Shown here: positions 1 to 11,620 of the stretch, piece by piece
Layout of the letters: the number at the start of each line of letters is the position of its first letter
How positions within the stretch are numbered: position 1 is the first letter of the stretch
Source: Chiloscyllium plagiosum
Lineage: Eukaryota
DNA length: 64,000 nucleotides
NCBI RefSeq assembly: GCF_004010195.1
Contig: NC_057752.1
Span: forward strand, 10,790,865 to 10,854,864
Direction: 5' to 3'
Program-made: the position numbers and the translations under genes
Notes under the pieces: model-generated
The model's input: the letters and a program-made list of their open reading frames with translations, nothing else
The model's database searches: none
What the model was told of the DNA's origin: nothing

Positions 1-337
1 ATGGAAGAGTTTACTGTTACATCCATCTTCCTGCTTCAAATTGATCACAACCTTTCCTTACTCTTCCTTAATTAGATTGTTCTATTTATTGTCTCATGTT
101 TTGGGCTCATTTATATGATCTTGCCATTAAAAGTGAATTCTCCAACCACTTAAGTATGCAGGTATGGGCTCCAAGTGATCTGTGGCACTGGTCCCTTACA
201 CTGTAGACTGCTGGTTGTGGCAGATTGTTGTGTCAGTTCATGTTTTTTTTAAACACTTGCTTTTCATCATATCTTCCACTTTTTCACCACTGTCCATTTG
301 AAACTGGAACAAAAAGCAGAAAATTATTTAATAACAA

Positions 338-785
338 TGTCAGCACGACTCAATCAGCAGCATTTTTGTCTCTGAGCCAGAAGGTTATGGTTTCACATCC
401 CACTCCAGAGACTTAAGCATAAAAGTCAAGGCTGATATTCCAGTGCAGTAATGAGGGAGTGCTACACTGTTGGAGATGCTGCCAATTGGGTAAGCCCTAT
501 TTTCCCTCTTAGATGTACATACAAGATCTCATTGCACCATTTCAAAGAAGAACAGGGATCTATCCCTAATATCCGAGCCAATATTTATCCCTCAGTCAAC
601 ATCTCAAAAAAAAACAAGATTATCTGGTCTTTATTACATTGTTGTGGAAGCTCGATGTGCAGAGATTGGCAGCCGCTCTTCCTACACTGTAACACGACAA
701 AATATATTTCATTAGCTTTAAAGCACTTTGGGATGTCCTGAGGTTAGCAACGGCACAATGGGAGTGAAGGTCTTTATTCATAATA
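338..785 (+). mobile_element. DeuSINE (SacSINE1/AmnSINE-like), diverged
   Basis: Degenerate tRNA-like head followed by Deu-domain-like core GCTGATATTCCAGTGCAGTAATGAGGGAGTGCTACACTG...CCAATATTTATCCCTCAGTCAAC; related copy at 5810. Confidence 0.7.
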
Positions 786-929
786 TTAGTAAAGATGTAA
801 ATGACAGGAAATTGAATTACTGAGTGCAATAGTTTGTGTAAACAAAAATCTGTACAATGTAACGAATCCAAGGTGTTTCATTAATTTTGTCATTTCAACT
901 ATGCATTTTAATCAGCTTCCTGTGCTCAT

Positions 930-2700
930 TAGTCTAAGTCCCAGAGGATTGGCAATCTCCCAATATGATACCTTTATTTAAAAGGGGAAAGAGACAAAAA
1001 AAAACATGTAACTACAGGCCAGTTAGCTTAACATGTGTTACTGGGAAATGTTAGAGTCTATTATAAAAGGATGAAACAGCAGACATTTAGAAATACATAA
1101 AATGATTAAGCATAAAAGGGAAACCACACCTGGTAATTTACTAGAATTTGTTGAGGAGGTAACAAGCAGCTTAGATAAAGAGGAACAGTGGATGTAATGT
1201 ATTTGGATATTTAAAAGGCATTTGATAAGATTCCACACATTAGGTTACTTATTAAGAGTTCATGGGGTTGGAGGCAGTATATGAGCACAGATAGAGGATT
1301 GGCTACTAACAGAAGACTAGGAAATTTGGATAAGGGGATGGCAACCGAAATTAGCGAGGTGCCACAGGGATCAATGCTGGGTTCATGATTATTTACAATA
1401 TATACTAATGACTTGAATGAGGAAAGCGAATGAATTATAACAATATTTGCAGATGACACAAATAGGTGGAAAGGCAAGGATGACTCAATGAATCTGCTGA
1501 GAGATAACAGATAGATGAAGCAAATGGGCAAAAACTTGACAAACAATGTAATCTGGGAAATTAAGAAGTTTGGCAGGAAGAACAGAGGACCTGATTATTA
1601 TTAAAAATGGAGAAAGATTGTAGAAAGGTACAGAACAGAGGGATTTGGAAGTCCTTGTGCGTGAGTCACAAAAAGCTAACATCCAAGTTCAGTAGGTAAA
1701 AAGGAAGGCAAATGTATTGTTGGCCTTCATTTCAAAGAACAAGGAGTATAAAAGTAGGGACAGTTTGTCAAAACTATGCAAAGCACTAGTCAGGCCACAG
1801 TTTGAATACTGAAAACAGTTTGGGCCCCTTATCTAAGGAAAAATATACACTGGAGACAGTTCACAGAAAGAACACTAAGCTGATACCAGGTACAGAGGGG
1901 CGGTCTTATGGAAGAGACGTTGAGCAGGTTGGGCATATACTTGTTGGAACATAGAAAAATTACAGGCAATCTTATTGAGATGCAAGGTTTTTTTTTAAAA
2001 AGAGGACCTAACCAGGCTTTTAATTTTTAGAAATTCACTCATCGAACGAGGGCGTCGCTGAATAGGGCCAGCATTTATTGCCCAGAGGGCAATTAAGAGT
2101 CAACCATATTGCTGTGAGTCTGGCGTCACATGTAGGCCAGACCAGGTAAGGATAACAGTTTCCTTCCCTAGAAGGACATTAGTGAAGCGGATGGGTTTTT
2201 CAGACAATGGATTCATGGTGATCATTAGACTCTTCATTCCATATTTTTATTGAACTCAAGTTCCACCATCTGCTGTGACAGAATTCGAACCCAGATCCCC
2301 AGAACATTACCTGGGTCACTGGATTAACAGTCCAAGGTGAATACCACTAGGCCGTCACCTCCCCTAAAGGTATATGTGGAGAAGTTGTTTCCACTTGTGG
2401 GAGAACCTAGGACCAGAAGAGACAGATAATCTCAGAAGAAGGGGTTCTGCATTTAAAACAGAAATGAGGAGGAATTTCTTCTCTCAGAGAGGAGTAAATC
2501 TGTGGAATTCTTTACCACAGAGGGCTGTCGAGGCTGGGTTATTAAGTATATTCAAGGTTGAGATAGACAGTCAAGGAGTCAAAGGTAAGGTAAGAAAGTG
2601 CAGTTGAGGATGATCAGATCAGCCATGATCTCATTGAATGGTAGAGCAGGCTCAATGGGCTGAATGGCCTATTTCTACTCCTATGAATCATGGTCTTAGA
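930..2700 (+). mobile_element. Old CR1-type LINE, RT to 3' end, many stops; interrupted by SINE at 2030-2365
   Basis: Degenerate RT motifs (NYRPVSLT, DI*KAFDKIPH, VPQGSMLG, FADDT) and CR1 C-terminus MRRNFFSQRGVNLWNSLPQRAVEA. Confidence 0.85.
2030..2365 (-). mobile_element. tRNA-derived SINE whose 3' tail matches the L2/CR1-group LINE
   Basis: Minus strand starts GGGGAGGTGACGGCCTAGTGGTA (A box), has B box GGGTTCGAATTC, and ends GGGCAATAAATGCTGGCCC; same family as 42335-43090. Confidence 0.85.
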
Positions 2701-2850
2701 GTTTCCCCAGTAACGTCACAAGTCTTCACGAGCTTTATTTTCCTAAATGTTTCTGCTGTCTATACTAAGTTACTCAAAAATTAAAAGCTTTAATTATTAA
2801 ATGAGATATGTTTGTGAGAACTTATTGTATTTTGCATATCAACAATAGAA

Positions 2851-3162
2851 AGATTAGATTAGATTACATTACAGTGTGGAAACAGACCCTTCGGCCCAAC
2901 AAGTCCACACCGACCCGCCGAAGCGTAACCCACCCATACCCCTACATTTACCCCTTACCTAACACTACGGGCAATTTAGCATGGCCAGTTCATCTAACCT
3001 GCACATCTTTGGACTGTGGGAGGAAACCGGAGCACCTGGAGGAAACCCACGCAGACACAGGGAGAACGTGCAAACTCCACAGTCAGTCGCCTGAGGCGGG
3101 AATTGAACCCGGATCTCTGGCGCTGAGGCAGCAGTGCTAACCACTGTGTCACCGTGCCGCCC
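2851..3162 (-). mobile_element. HE1-type V-SINE, near full length
   Basis: GGGCGGCACGGTGACACAGTGGTTAGCACTGCTGCCTCA head, V-domain GTGGAGTTTGCACGTTCTCCC, HER1-like tail, (AATCT)n end. Confidence 0.95.
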
Positions 3163-4393
3163 TCAAAGAATGAGGAATATACAACTTTATAAAGTTCCAA
3201 AGCTCAGCAAGAAGAATTAACTAAAAAAGTAAATTCTTGGATTAAAAAAAATTGAATTTTGCATTAATCTGAATTAAACAATGCAAGTAACACAGTAAAG
3301 TGAGAATTTACTGCTAAATAAAATGAAACTGTCAGCTAATTAGATTTAAGGTGCTTTGAATTAAGAGCAGTAGACTGTAGGTAAACCATTCTCTCCCCCC
3401 CCACCACCAAAGTGCCTCAACTGGAACCTAAAAGGAGCAAACCAGTTTTAGCAGCTAAACACCACCACCATGCTGCCAACCTACCAGAGAAAACCACTGC
3501 TAGAGAGCGGTTTGTATTAATACATACACGTAGATCTTGTATCTGGAACAGTCATACTTCAGCAGGCATTTTTGTGCAGAGCCAAATTTCTCTTAAGTGT
3601 ACTAATTGGCTTGAGTTTTGAATCTGCAATAAATCAAAACCAAAACAGGGATGGTAGATTCCAAAGAAAAGGGGGAGCAAAAGTATGAATCAGAAATCAG
3701 TCAGCAAAATGCTTCTTGTACAATTAGCAAGGGCAGGCAGCAAAAATGCACAAAAATCCATTCGGCAGCTAACTTGCTCCTTTAGCAACGGGAAAATAAT
3801 AAACATGTTCAGAAAACAGACTCCCACAAGAAAATCACACAAGTTAAACATACATTTGTCTTGATGTGATCTACTAAGGATTCTATTCTCCCAGAAGTGC
3901 AACTATCTTTCAAGTCAATGGACGTTTTTACATCACTGCCATAATAAAGTGCCTGAATGAACTATATCTTCCAGAACTCACCAATGTCCCTCTTTTGGTA
4001 AAATTCCCATTATTGCAGCTTAACTCTACTCTTAAGATATGGTATCATTCACTAGATTCTAAGGGAAGGTAGAGAACGGGAACAGAGCACACCAGCATTT
4101 TAAAAGACTGACTGACATCAATACTGGGTCATTTAGAGTCGGACAGACCTTAGCAGCCATCTGCACCCAGTTCAAAACATAATCACAGACTCTCCATAAA
4201 CTACTCCACTGAAGATAATTAGATATGGTATTCACTACGACCCATTGTAGCTCATCCATCCAGAGTAGTCCTAGCATCCCCACTGTAGTTTCAAATTGAT
4301 TCTTAAATTTTAGTGTTTTCTGCTTTACTATTCTGTCTTGAAGTCAAATCCATGTACACCTTGCAAAAAGAAATTCCTGGTATCAGTCCTATT

Positions 4394-4591
4394 CAGTCAT
4401 TCCTCTCTGTCCACGAGGGCTCCGTTCCTGAGAACCCCTGTGAATGGTGAAATTCACATATGTGAAGCTTGTTAAAAACAGATTAAGATGGTGAAAAATA
4501 TCGCAGATGCGTGATTTTTGCTGTTACTTATTTTTTGGCATGGATTGGCAAATTCGCGATGTGTGATGTTGCAGATACACAGGATTTACTG
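4394..4591. mobile_element. Degenerate Tigger/pogo-like MITE
   Basis: Imperfect terminal inverted repeats CAGTCATTCCT...AGGATTTACTG; TA target duplication not preserved. Confidence 0.45.
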
Positions 4592-4744
4592 TTGACCGAT
4601 TTGAACATGTAGTACCCTCCTCTTACTCTTGCAATTTAAAGTTTCCTTACAGATTTACTTAGAAAATACTCCAAACTGCTTATTATTTCATATACAACTA
4701 TTACTTCATTTCTCATTGTGGCAGTTCAACACTGAACGTCTCTC

Positions 4745-5080
4745 TAGTTGTTTACCTTACAGAGCCTGTTGCTACCTATAAATCTTAACATACTTTCCTC
4801 ATTGTCTCCAAAGTTTGAATGTTTCTCTTTGTTCTTTAGGGACGAGAAATGTACAGAGTATTCAAGGATGAGTTTGACTAGACCAGAGCAATATGATTGC
4901 AACTTCCTATGACTTGTATTTACTGTTTTGGATATGTAATTCAGCATTCTTTTGTCTGATGTATTGTTCAAATATGCTGAGCACTTGATATAAAAGACTT
5001 CCCAGGTAGTTTCTGACTTCACATGTAACTACTTCCACAACAATCACGGAGTGTGGATTGCCCATTTTTCTTCCTATGTG
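4745..5080 (-). mobile_element. Very old CR1 ORF2 C-terminal fragment
   Basis: YCSGLVKLILEYSVHFSS resembles CR1 LYxxLVRPxLEYCVQFWSP. Confidence 0.6.
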
Positions 5081-5809
5081 CCTCTTAAATTACTTCAAAA
5101 TAGCTTCAAGTTGAAACAGATGGATCAAATATTCCAATACAAGTCAATAATACCTTTCCTTCTCATGAGGAGAAACTAATCCCAATTTTAATTAACACAA
5201 AATTAAAAATGGTGACATTGTGGAACATCTAAAAGGAACATTAGACAAATCTATGGAAGAGGTTTACATGTCTTTACCTGCACAGGAGCTGCAAGAAAAT
5301 ACATAACTTCTATGCAAACCAAGTCAGTTCAGAAAATCTTTAAACTCTTACCAGGAGCTGCAGCCTGTAGCAATTTTGTTCTAAACCCGTATCACATTAA
5401 AAGCAAATGTATCTTTTGTAGTGAAAGAAGTGGTGCCTCAATGGAACTGGACTTGCTCAGTGCCTTCAAATATGCACCTCATGTTGCTGATAGCTGTGAA
5501 GTTCTCTAGATCGAGTACAGTATGTCTGTGGTCAAAGCATGCCGCTATATGTCCTGAGTTCCCTGTGGATATATAGGAAAAAAAACAAGCCTTTAGTGAA
5601 TATAAATTTTATTTTTAATGGATCCTAGCAATCAAAGTTTTTCCATAAACAATGGCTGTTCTGATAGTTTTTGCTTTTAGCACTACACGTTCATGAGAGA
5701 ACAAAGTGACCATAATGCCTTTAATCAAACCTACAGGTGAATAAGAGGATTGAGAATCCACTCAGTCACAATTCAAAGTACTTTAAAAATGCACACCAAC
5801 ATCATCAAC

Positions 5810-6155
5810 CAGGGCTCAGTCGGTACAGCTCTCTCACCCCTAGGTCAGAAAGTTGAGAACACAAAAATCTAGGCTGACAGTCACAGTGCAGTACAGTACT
5901 GAGGGAGTACTGCACTACCAGAGATGTTATCTTTCAGATGAGACTTGAACAAAGCTCCAGATGCCAAAAATCAGGTAGACACCAAAGTCCACATGGCACT
6001 ACTGAAGAACAACTGGAGGAATAGCCCTGGTATACCAACCAATATTTAGCACTCATTATGTTACAGCAGCAACTACACTTCAGAAATACTCAATTAGCTT
6101 TGAAGTACATTTGGTGTCCTGTAGTCACAAATGACACAATGCTAAATGAAGGTCT
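5810..6155 (+). mobile_element. DeuSINE copy
   Basis: CTAGGCTGAC...AGTGCAGTAC...GAGGGAGTACTGCACT...CTTTCAGATGAGAC; similar to 338-785. Confidence 0.7.
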
Positions 6156-7322
6156 TTTTTAAAATAAAAACAAATATATATTTTAGGATTAAGTTTTGCC
6201 ATTTCCTAAATGAGCACTGGTAGTATTGAATGTGTATTGAGTTACAAAATGGTAATATGCATGTAGACAGGGCAAAACAATCACTTAAATGCACAATGGA
6301 GGGGCTTGGACATTACACAGAGGTCTCACCTCCATGTAAAATAAAAAGCTGAGCACAAAAGTAGAATTCACTCTCGATCTACAAGCTTTTGCAGTTGAAG
6401 TAACTGAATTTTCAAAAACAGAATGGGATCAGTACAAGTGGCTGTAGTAAAGGAACTTGCGAGCATCAGAAAATGAATTTTAGTGCAAACACCTCCCTTC
6501 GATATCCCTTTCCAAACACACGCCTCTCCACTCCAACATATTCTATTTTATTGTTATAGCATTATTTGTTTCTTTTCTCCTCTAAAAAGAGCTTGGGATT
6601 TCAAAGTTTGAAAGAGATTTGTTTTGTGTGTTTGACATTATTATTAACCTAAAGTTCTCAATGGTTTAGGAGTTTTGAGTGAAGAATCGAGAATTGCTAA
6701 AATGCAGGAGAGATAGGTTAAGTCAAGTTCTATATAATAAAAATGCTTTCCTTAAATATGAAGTAAAGAAATAAAGCCAAGGAGCCATTAGTGAACTCAA
6801 TGAAGGAGCCTGGTCAAGTTCAGCAATTTTGATGTCTGGTTCATGTCAAACTCCAGATGTGACAGAAGAACACCAGTTTTGCCGAGCAATGTCATTCTGA
6901 ATTATGACCTGGAGCCAAAAATCTAAAGCAATTCACTGACTTAATAAATGCTAAAATTTAGATGTACTTACTTACATCTTTCATGTTTATCACAGGCATC
7001 TAACATGCAAATAGAGCTAACCATTTTCAATTACCTGAAGAATCATTCATTATATTACTAATAGCCAGCTGATGAAGCATCCCAAGTCGGCACTGACTTA
7101 GAATAGATTTATTCAGAGAAGGAAATATTACATTGCCAGACTCCCCTTAATTCATGTCAGTAAATGTCACTTTATTTATATTATTCACTTTTTTTGGAAT
7201 AAAATATCTGAACAGGTTATGAAACACCTCCATGGCCACATGATCCACGCGTTCAAGCAACTGTCCGATCAATGCTCTCCACCTGTGTACATAACCGCAA
7301 TTGATACAATTAACATCAAAAT

Positions 7323-7430
7323 GGCTTTGTGACACAGTGATAGCGTCCCTGCCTCTGGTCCAAGAGGCTTGGGTTCAAGTCCTACCTGCCCCGAAAGTGC
7401 ATCATAACACCCCCGAATAGTTCATTAATA
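7323..7430 (+). mobile_element. Short (~110 bp) tRNA-derived SINE
   Basis: A-box-like TGACACAGTGATAG and B box GGTTCAAGTCC; related copies at 26347, 27548, 38559 and 50228. Confidence 0.6.
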
Positions 7431-8254
7431 TAACTGCAAGTAACATCAATTACAAGTGGGTCGTGTATGACACATTAACTGCAGTGGCTATTTCAGGTCA
7501 TTCAATAGAGCTCTTCACACATTTATACACAAATATGATCACAATCTGTCCAAGCATCATTTCTTGTCTATTTTGAGCTTACAATCGCTCTCACTGTTAG
7601 CAATCATCTATTCTGAACTGAAATCCTGCACACTGATTACCAGTAATTCCGCCAAGATACAAGATAAAGAGGTTATCAGTTGTTAATTATTCAGTGATTT
7701 GGTAACACTGGAAAAATTTTAGAATGAAATGGCATACAAACAAGCTGTTGCTTCAGTTCTACAGATCGAACAGGAGTTCAGTTACTGCTGGTTTCTGTCT
7801 CTTTACTTGTTCTCTCGGTGTTTTTCAGAGGAAATAATTCAACCAAATCTTTTTGCAGACTTATCATGCTTGCTGCAAACATGGAAACTAGACTTGGAAT
7901 TCCCACAAATAATACAAAACCTGTTCCTTCGAGGCCACAACTTAACAATTAAATATCACAGCCATATCCCACATCCACATGCCGAACGTGGAGATCAGCT
8001 GCTTGCAGTAAATTCTGAAGATGAAAAGTCAGTCTTCACAAACACAGAATACGTTTCACTCCATAATAATTTGATGATAAAAAGGGGCTAATTATAATTA
8101 TAAGTCTTGAAATTACTGAAATGATTAAGGTGCATCATCATTAGCATCACAAAAGTACAAACAGTTCTTTATTGGTGCTTCATGCCCCATTTTGATATAT
8201 GGTAACTTCTTAATATTATTGTTTTGCAAGAGGAATCAGGGATAAAAGAATTAT

Positions 8255-8710
8255 AAGACCAGAAGACTAAGATATCGGAGATAAATAAGGCCAATTCAGC
8301 CCATTGAGTCTACTGCAGCATTCAAATCATGGACGATACGTTTCTCAACCCCATTCTTTTGCCTTCTCTCTGTAACCTTTGGTCCCCTTGATCAAGAACC
8401 TAATTACTTCTGTCTTAAATCCACAATGACCTGGTCTCCACAGCCTTCTGCAGCAAAGTGTTCCACAGATTCACCATCCTCTGGCTAAAGAAATTCCTCA
8501 TCTTGCTTCTAACGAGTCATCTCTTCACTGAGGCTATGCCCTTCGGTCCTAGTCTCTCGAGGAAACACCTTCTCCACATCCGCTCTATCCAGGCCTCTCA
8601 GTATTCTGTTAGTTTTAATGAGACACGCCCTTATCCTTCTCAACTCCAAGTATATAGACCCAGAATCCTCAAGTGCTCCTCATATGACAAGCCCTAAATT
8701 CTTGGGATCC
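8255..8710 (-). mobile_element. CR1-type LINE 3' fragment
   Basis: Reverse complement of RRNFFSQRMVNLWN region and CR1 3'UTR. Confidence 0.8.
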
Positions 8711-8714
8711 TTTA

Positions 8715-8970
8715 GAACTGAGGAGGAGGAGGAATTTCTTCAGCCAGAGGGTAGCAAATCTGTAGAACTCATCGCTGCAGAGGATTGTGGAGACCAAGTC
8801 ATTGAGTGCATTTAAGACAAAGATATATACGATTCTTGAATGGTAAGGGGATCAAGGAATCCATGCAGAAGGCAGGAGAATGGAGTTGAGAAACATATCA
8901 GCCATGATCGAAGGGTGGAGCAGACTCAATAGACTGAACGGCCCAAATTGCCCATGTCTTGTGGTCTAAA
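8715..8970 (+). mobile_element. CR1-type LINE 3' fragment, opposite orientation to its neighbour
   Basis: GAGGAATTTCTTCAGCCAGAGGG...CAGCCATGATCGAA...GGAGCAGACTCAA 3' end. Confidence 0.8.
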
Positions 8971-10346
8971 TCTTTTATATGTGGTATCTATATTCAATTA
9001 CAGTCTTCATGAAGAAATTAAAAAGATTTATTCAGTCAACTCAATAGTTAAAAATGAACGTAAATGACACATCTTGATAGCATATTGCAAATAAATAAAA
9101 TCTGATTTACACCAAATTTATACACAACGTACATGAAGTTGATCTCATGAATGAATGTGAATATTTCCTCAGATACTGTGCTGCCAAAGGGGGAAAGGTT
9201 GCTATGGAAACCAAGATGACGACGACAGTTATTCAGAACGAAAAACTGGAATTAGCATTCTGGAAACTGCTGGTAGTCAAAGCCTCCATTTAAGGCTTTT
9301 AACATACAAGAAAAAGGTCATTCTTGAAGACACGTCCTATCATTTTGGTCAAGTGTCTTGTAGCCACTTCAAACACCATTAATGATATAAACAACATTCG
9401 AACAACAACAGGATGAGTAGTTGCTTTCAAGTTTGAGAATAGTCACTGATTGCAACAATAACCTTGTTACAGTTTTAATTTTTCACTTAGCTTGATAGGG
9501 TGAACGGTCTTCAGCACTGATAATAATGTGAATGGATTCAATGCAATTCTGTTGGAAAATAAAATCAAACTACTATTATATCTCCTATTTCAGGTCACTA
9601 GACCACACCAGGATAGAGATTTCACTGATGTTAATTCAATACATGGTAATTCAACACCTCAGATGAGGGGGCCCTTGAGCAATAAACAAACAGAACACGT
9701 GCAGCACTACTTGACTACATTGCTGACTACACAAGATAGGGAAACAATACCACTGGAGTATCGGACCGTTGTCCAGGCATGATAGGCTGGAACAAAACAG
9801 AGGCTATTTTTAAGAAAGTAAATTATCAAGTAAGGTGGAAACCATTGGCAACTTCCAACAGATGCAATACTTATCCAAGGAAATGAAGAGAAAAAATTTG
9901 CAGGACGAGGGAGTGCGACTAAGTGAGTTGCTTTTGGTCAGAAAGGCCTATGTGCTGCAACCATTCAATGATTTATGATACACAGTGTCACAACGTGCTC
10001 AATTATAGAAGCAATACTACTGCTATAGCTTTAGTGCAGCATGGAGGTAGGAAGATGACATGTTCATACCATGGACAGTACACAATTAAAGATTTTGACT
10101 TTCTAAACTTGGACTATGCCTGCAGAGATCATTTTGAGCCACATAAACATGAGGAGGAAGTACTCAGGAGATATTAAAATGAAGAATCAAGAATTATCAC
10201 ACGAGCTGCACACAAATTTATGATCTCCATTTATTTTTACTGCAAAGCACACCAATAAGCTAAGTAAACCACTTGACAATGAAGCGAAAGATATTAGTCT
10301 TCAACATGTCCTGAAAACTTTGCCAGTAGAAGTTGCAGTTTTCTTT

Positions 10347-10770
10347 TGATTAGATTCCCTACACACAGTGTGAAAACAGGCCATTTGGCCCAACAAGTCC
10401 ACACCGACCCTCTGAAGAGTAACTCATTCAGAATCTGCAGATTTTGCACTTTGAAATGTTGTTTTCCAGAGCAGAATGGTGGCACACTGCTGCTTCACAG
10501 TGCCAGGATCCTGGGTTCAATTCCAGCTTTGGGTGACTATCAACATGGAGTTTGCACAATTCTCCACATCTGCATGGGTTTCTTCCCACAGTCCAAAGAG
10601 GTGCTGGTTAGGTAGGTTGGCCATGTTGAAATTGTCCATGGTGTTTAGGGATGTGTAGGCTAGGTAAGCTAGCCACAGGAAATGTGGGATTACAGGATAC
10701 GGTAGGGGGCTTGGTCTAGGTGGGCTTGACAGGCCAAATGGCCTCCTTCCACACAGAGAATCCTATGATC
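10347..10770. mobile_element. HE1 SINE tail fragment (-, 10347-10428) and older HE1-like SINE (+, 10476-10770)
   Basis: GATTAGATTCCCTAC...CCAACAAGTCCACACCGACC; GGTTCAATTCC B box followed by GGAGTTTGCAC V-domain. Confidence 0.8.
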
Positions 10771-11431
10771 ATCAGGTGACCAATATATTCCCGTGATATT
10801 ACACTTTAATTTCTCTCACTAACAATAGCCTTACCATTTATTTATCCATTTTCTCCCCAGCTCCAAGCAACCTGAATTGGTAAACCCAAATGTTGACTAG
10901 TTATAGCTACAATATATTAATATTGCATGTAATTGGGAGTTAATTGATGAATTAATTGACTGGGTAGATATAAAGGTGTGATTGGATCCTTAAAACGGAA
11001 TAATTAATAAATTCTCTCCAAAAAGGTCTCGTGTTTTCGGTCTTGCTCACTGGCTTGGATCCAGATTGCCATTCAGGAATTATCCTCTCTGCTACAGCAT
11101 CAAAGATGAAGACTGGAAATCAAGAGTTCTTTTCAGGCAGAAGCTTTTAATTGCAGTGTTGGGATATAACTTCCCAATGATGTTCTGTGAAGCTAAACCT
11201 TACAATCAATGGAAAACTGAAGTAGATATGTAGACACTGGCCACATCCTTTCCAGGAAAAAAGATAAGGTGTGACCTTGGTACTGTCATTCCTGATGAAG
11301 AACAAGATCACTTATGAAGTGCACTCTAAGCTAAAGGCTCAACATTTAGACACTGAGAAGGGCTTAGAAACTTTATTTAAATTTACAGACTGAATATTTA
11401 GGGAAGATGACATGATATGGGACATGATCAG

Positions 11432-11620
11432 ACTTTGAGTCTTGCGTATATTTAAGGCTGAGATAGAGATAGATTCTTATCAGTGGGGAAAATCAATGGG
11501 CTGGGGAGTGGGCAGGAAAGTGGACCTGAGCAATGTCAGATCAGACATGATCCTACTGAATGGTGGACCAGGCTCAAGAGGCCGAATGGCCTACTCCTGT
11601 TCCTATTTCCTATGGTTTTA
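11432..11620 (+). mobile_element. CR1 3' end fragment
   Basis: IFKAEI..., GAATGGTGGACCAGGCTCAAGAGGCCGAATGGCCTACTCCTG tail. Confidence 0.75.

Noticed and set aside
3982..4058. Minus-strand segment with good splice sites (similar case near 49712-49781)
   Set aside because: Stops in all three frames; could only be non-coding, and there is no further support.
7069..7100. CTGATGAAGCATCCC as a hammerhead
   Set aside because: No closing stem or GAAA.
11292..11325. CTGATGA followed by AGAACAAG as a hammerhead
   Set aside because: No stem II and no GAA plus palindrome downstream.
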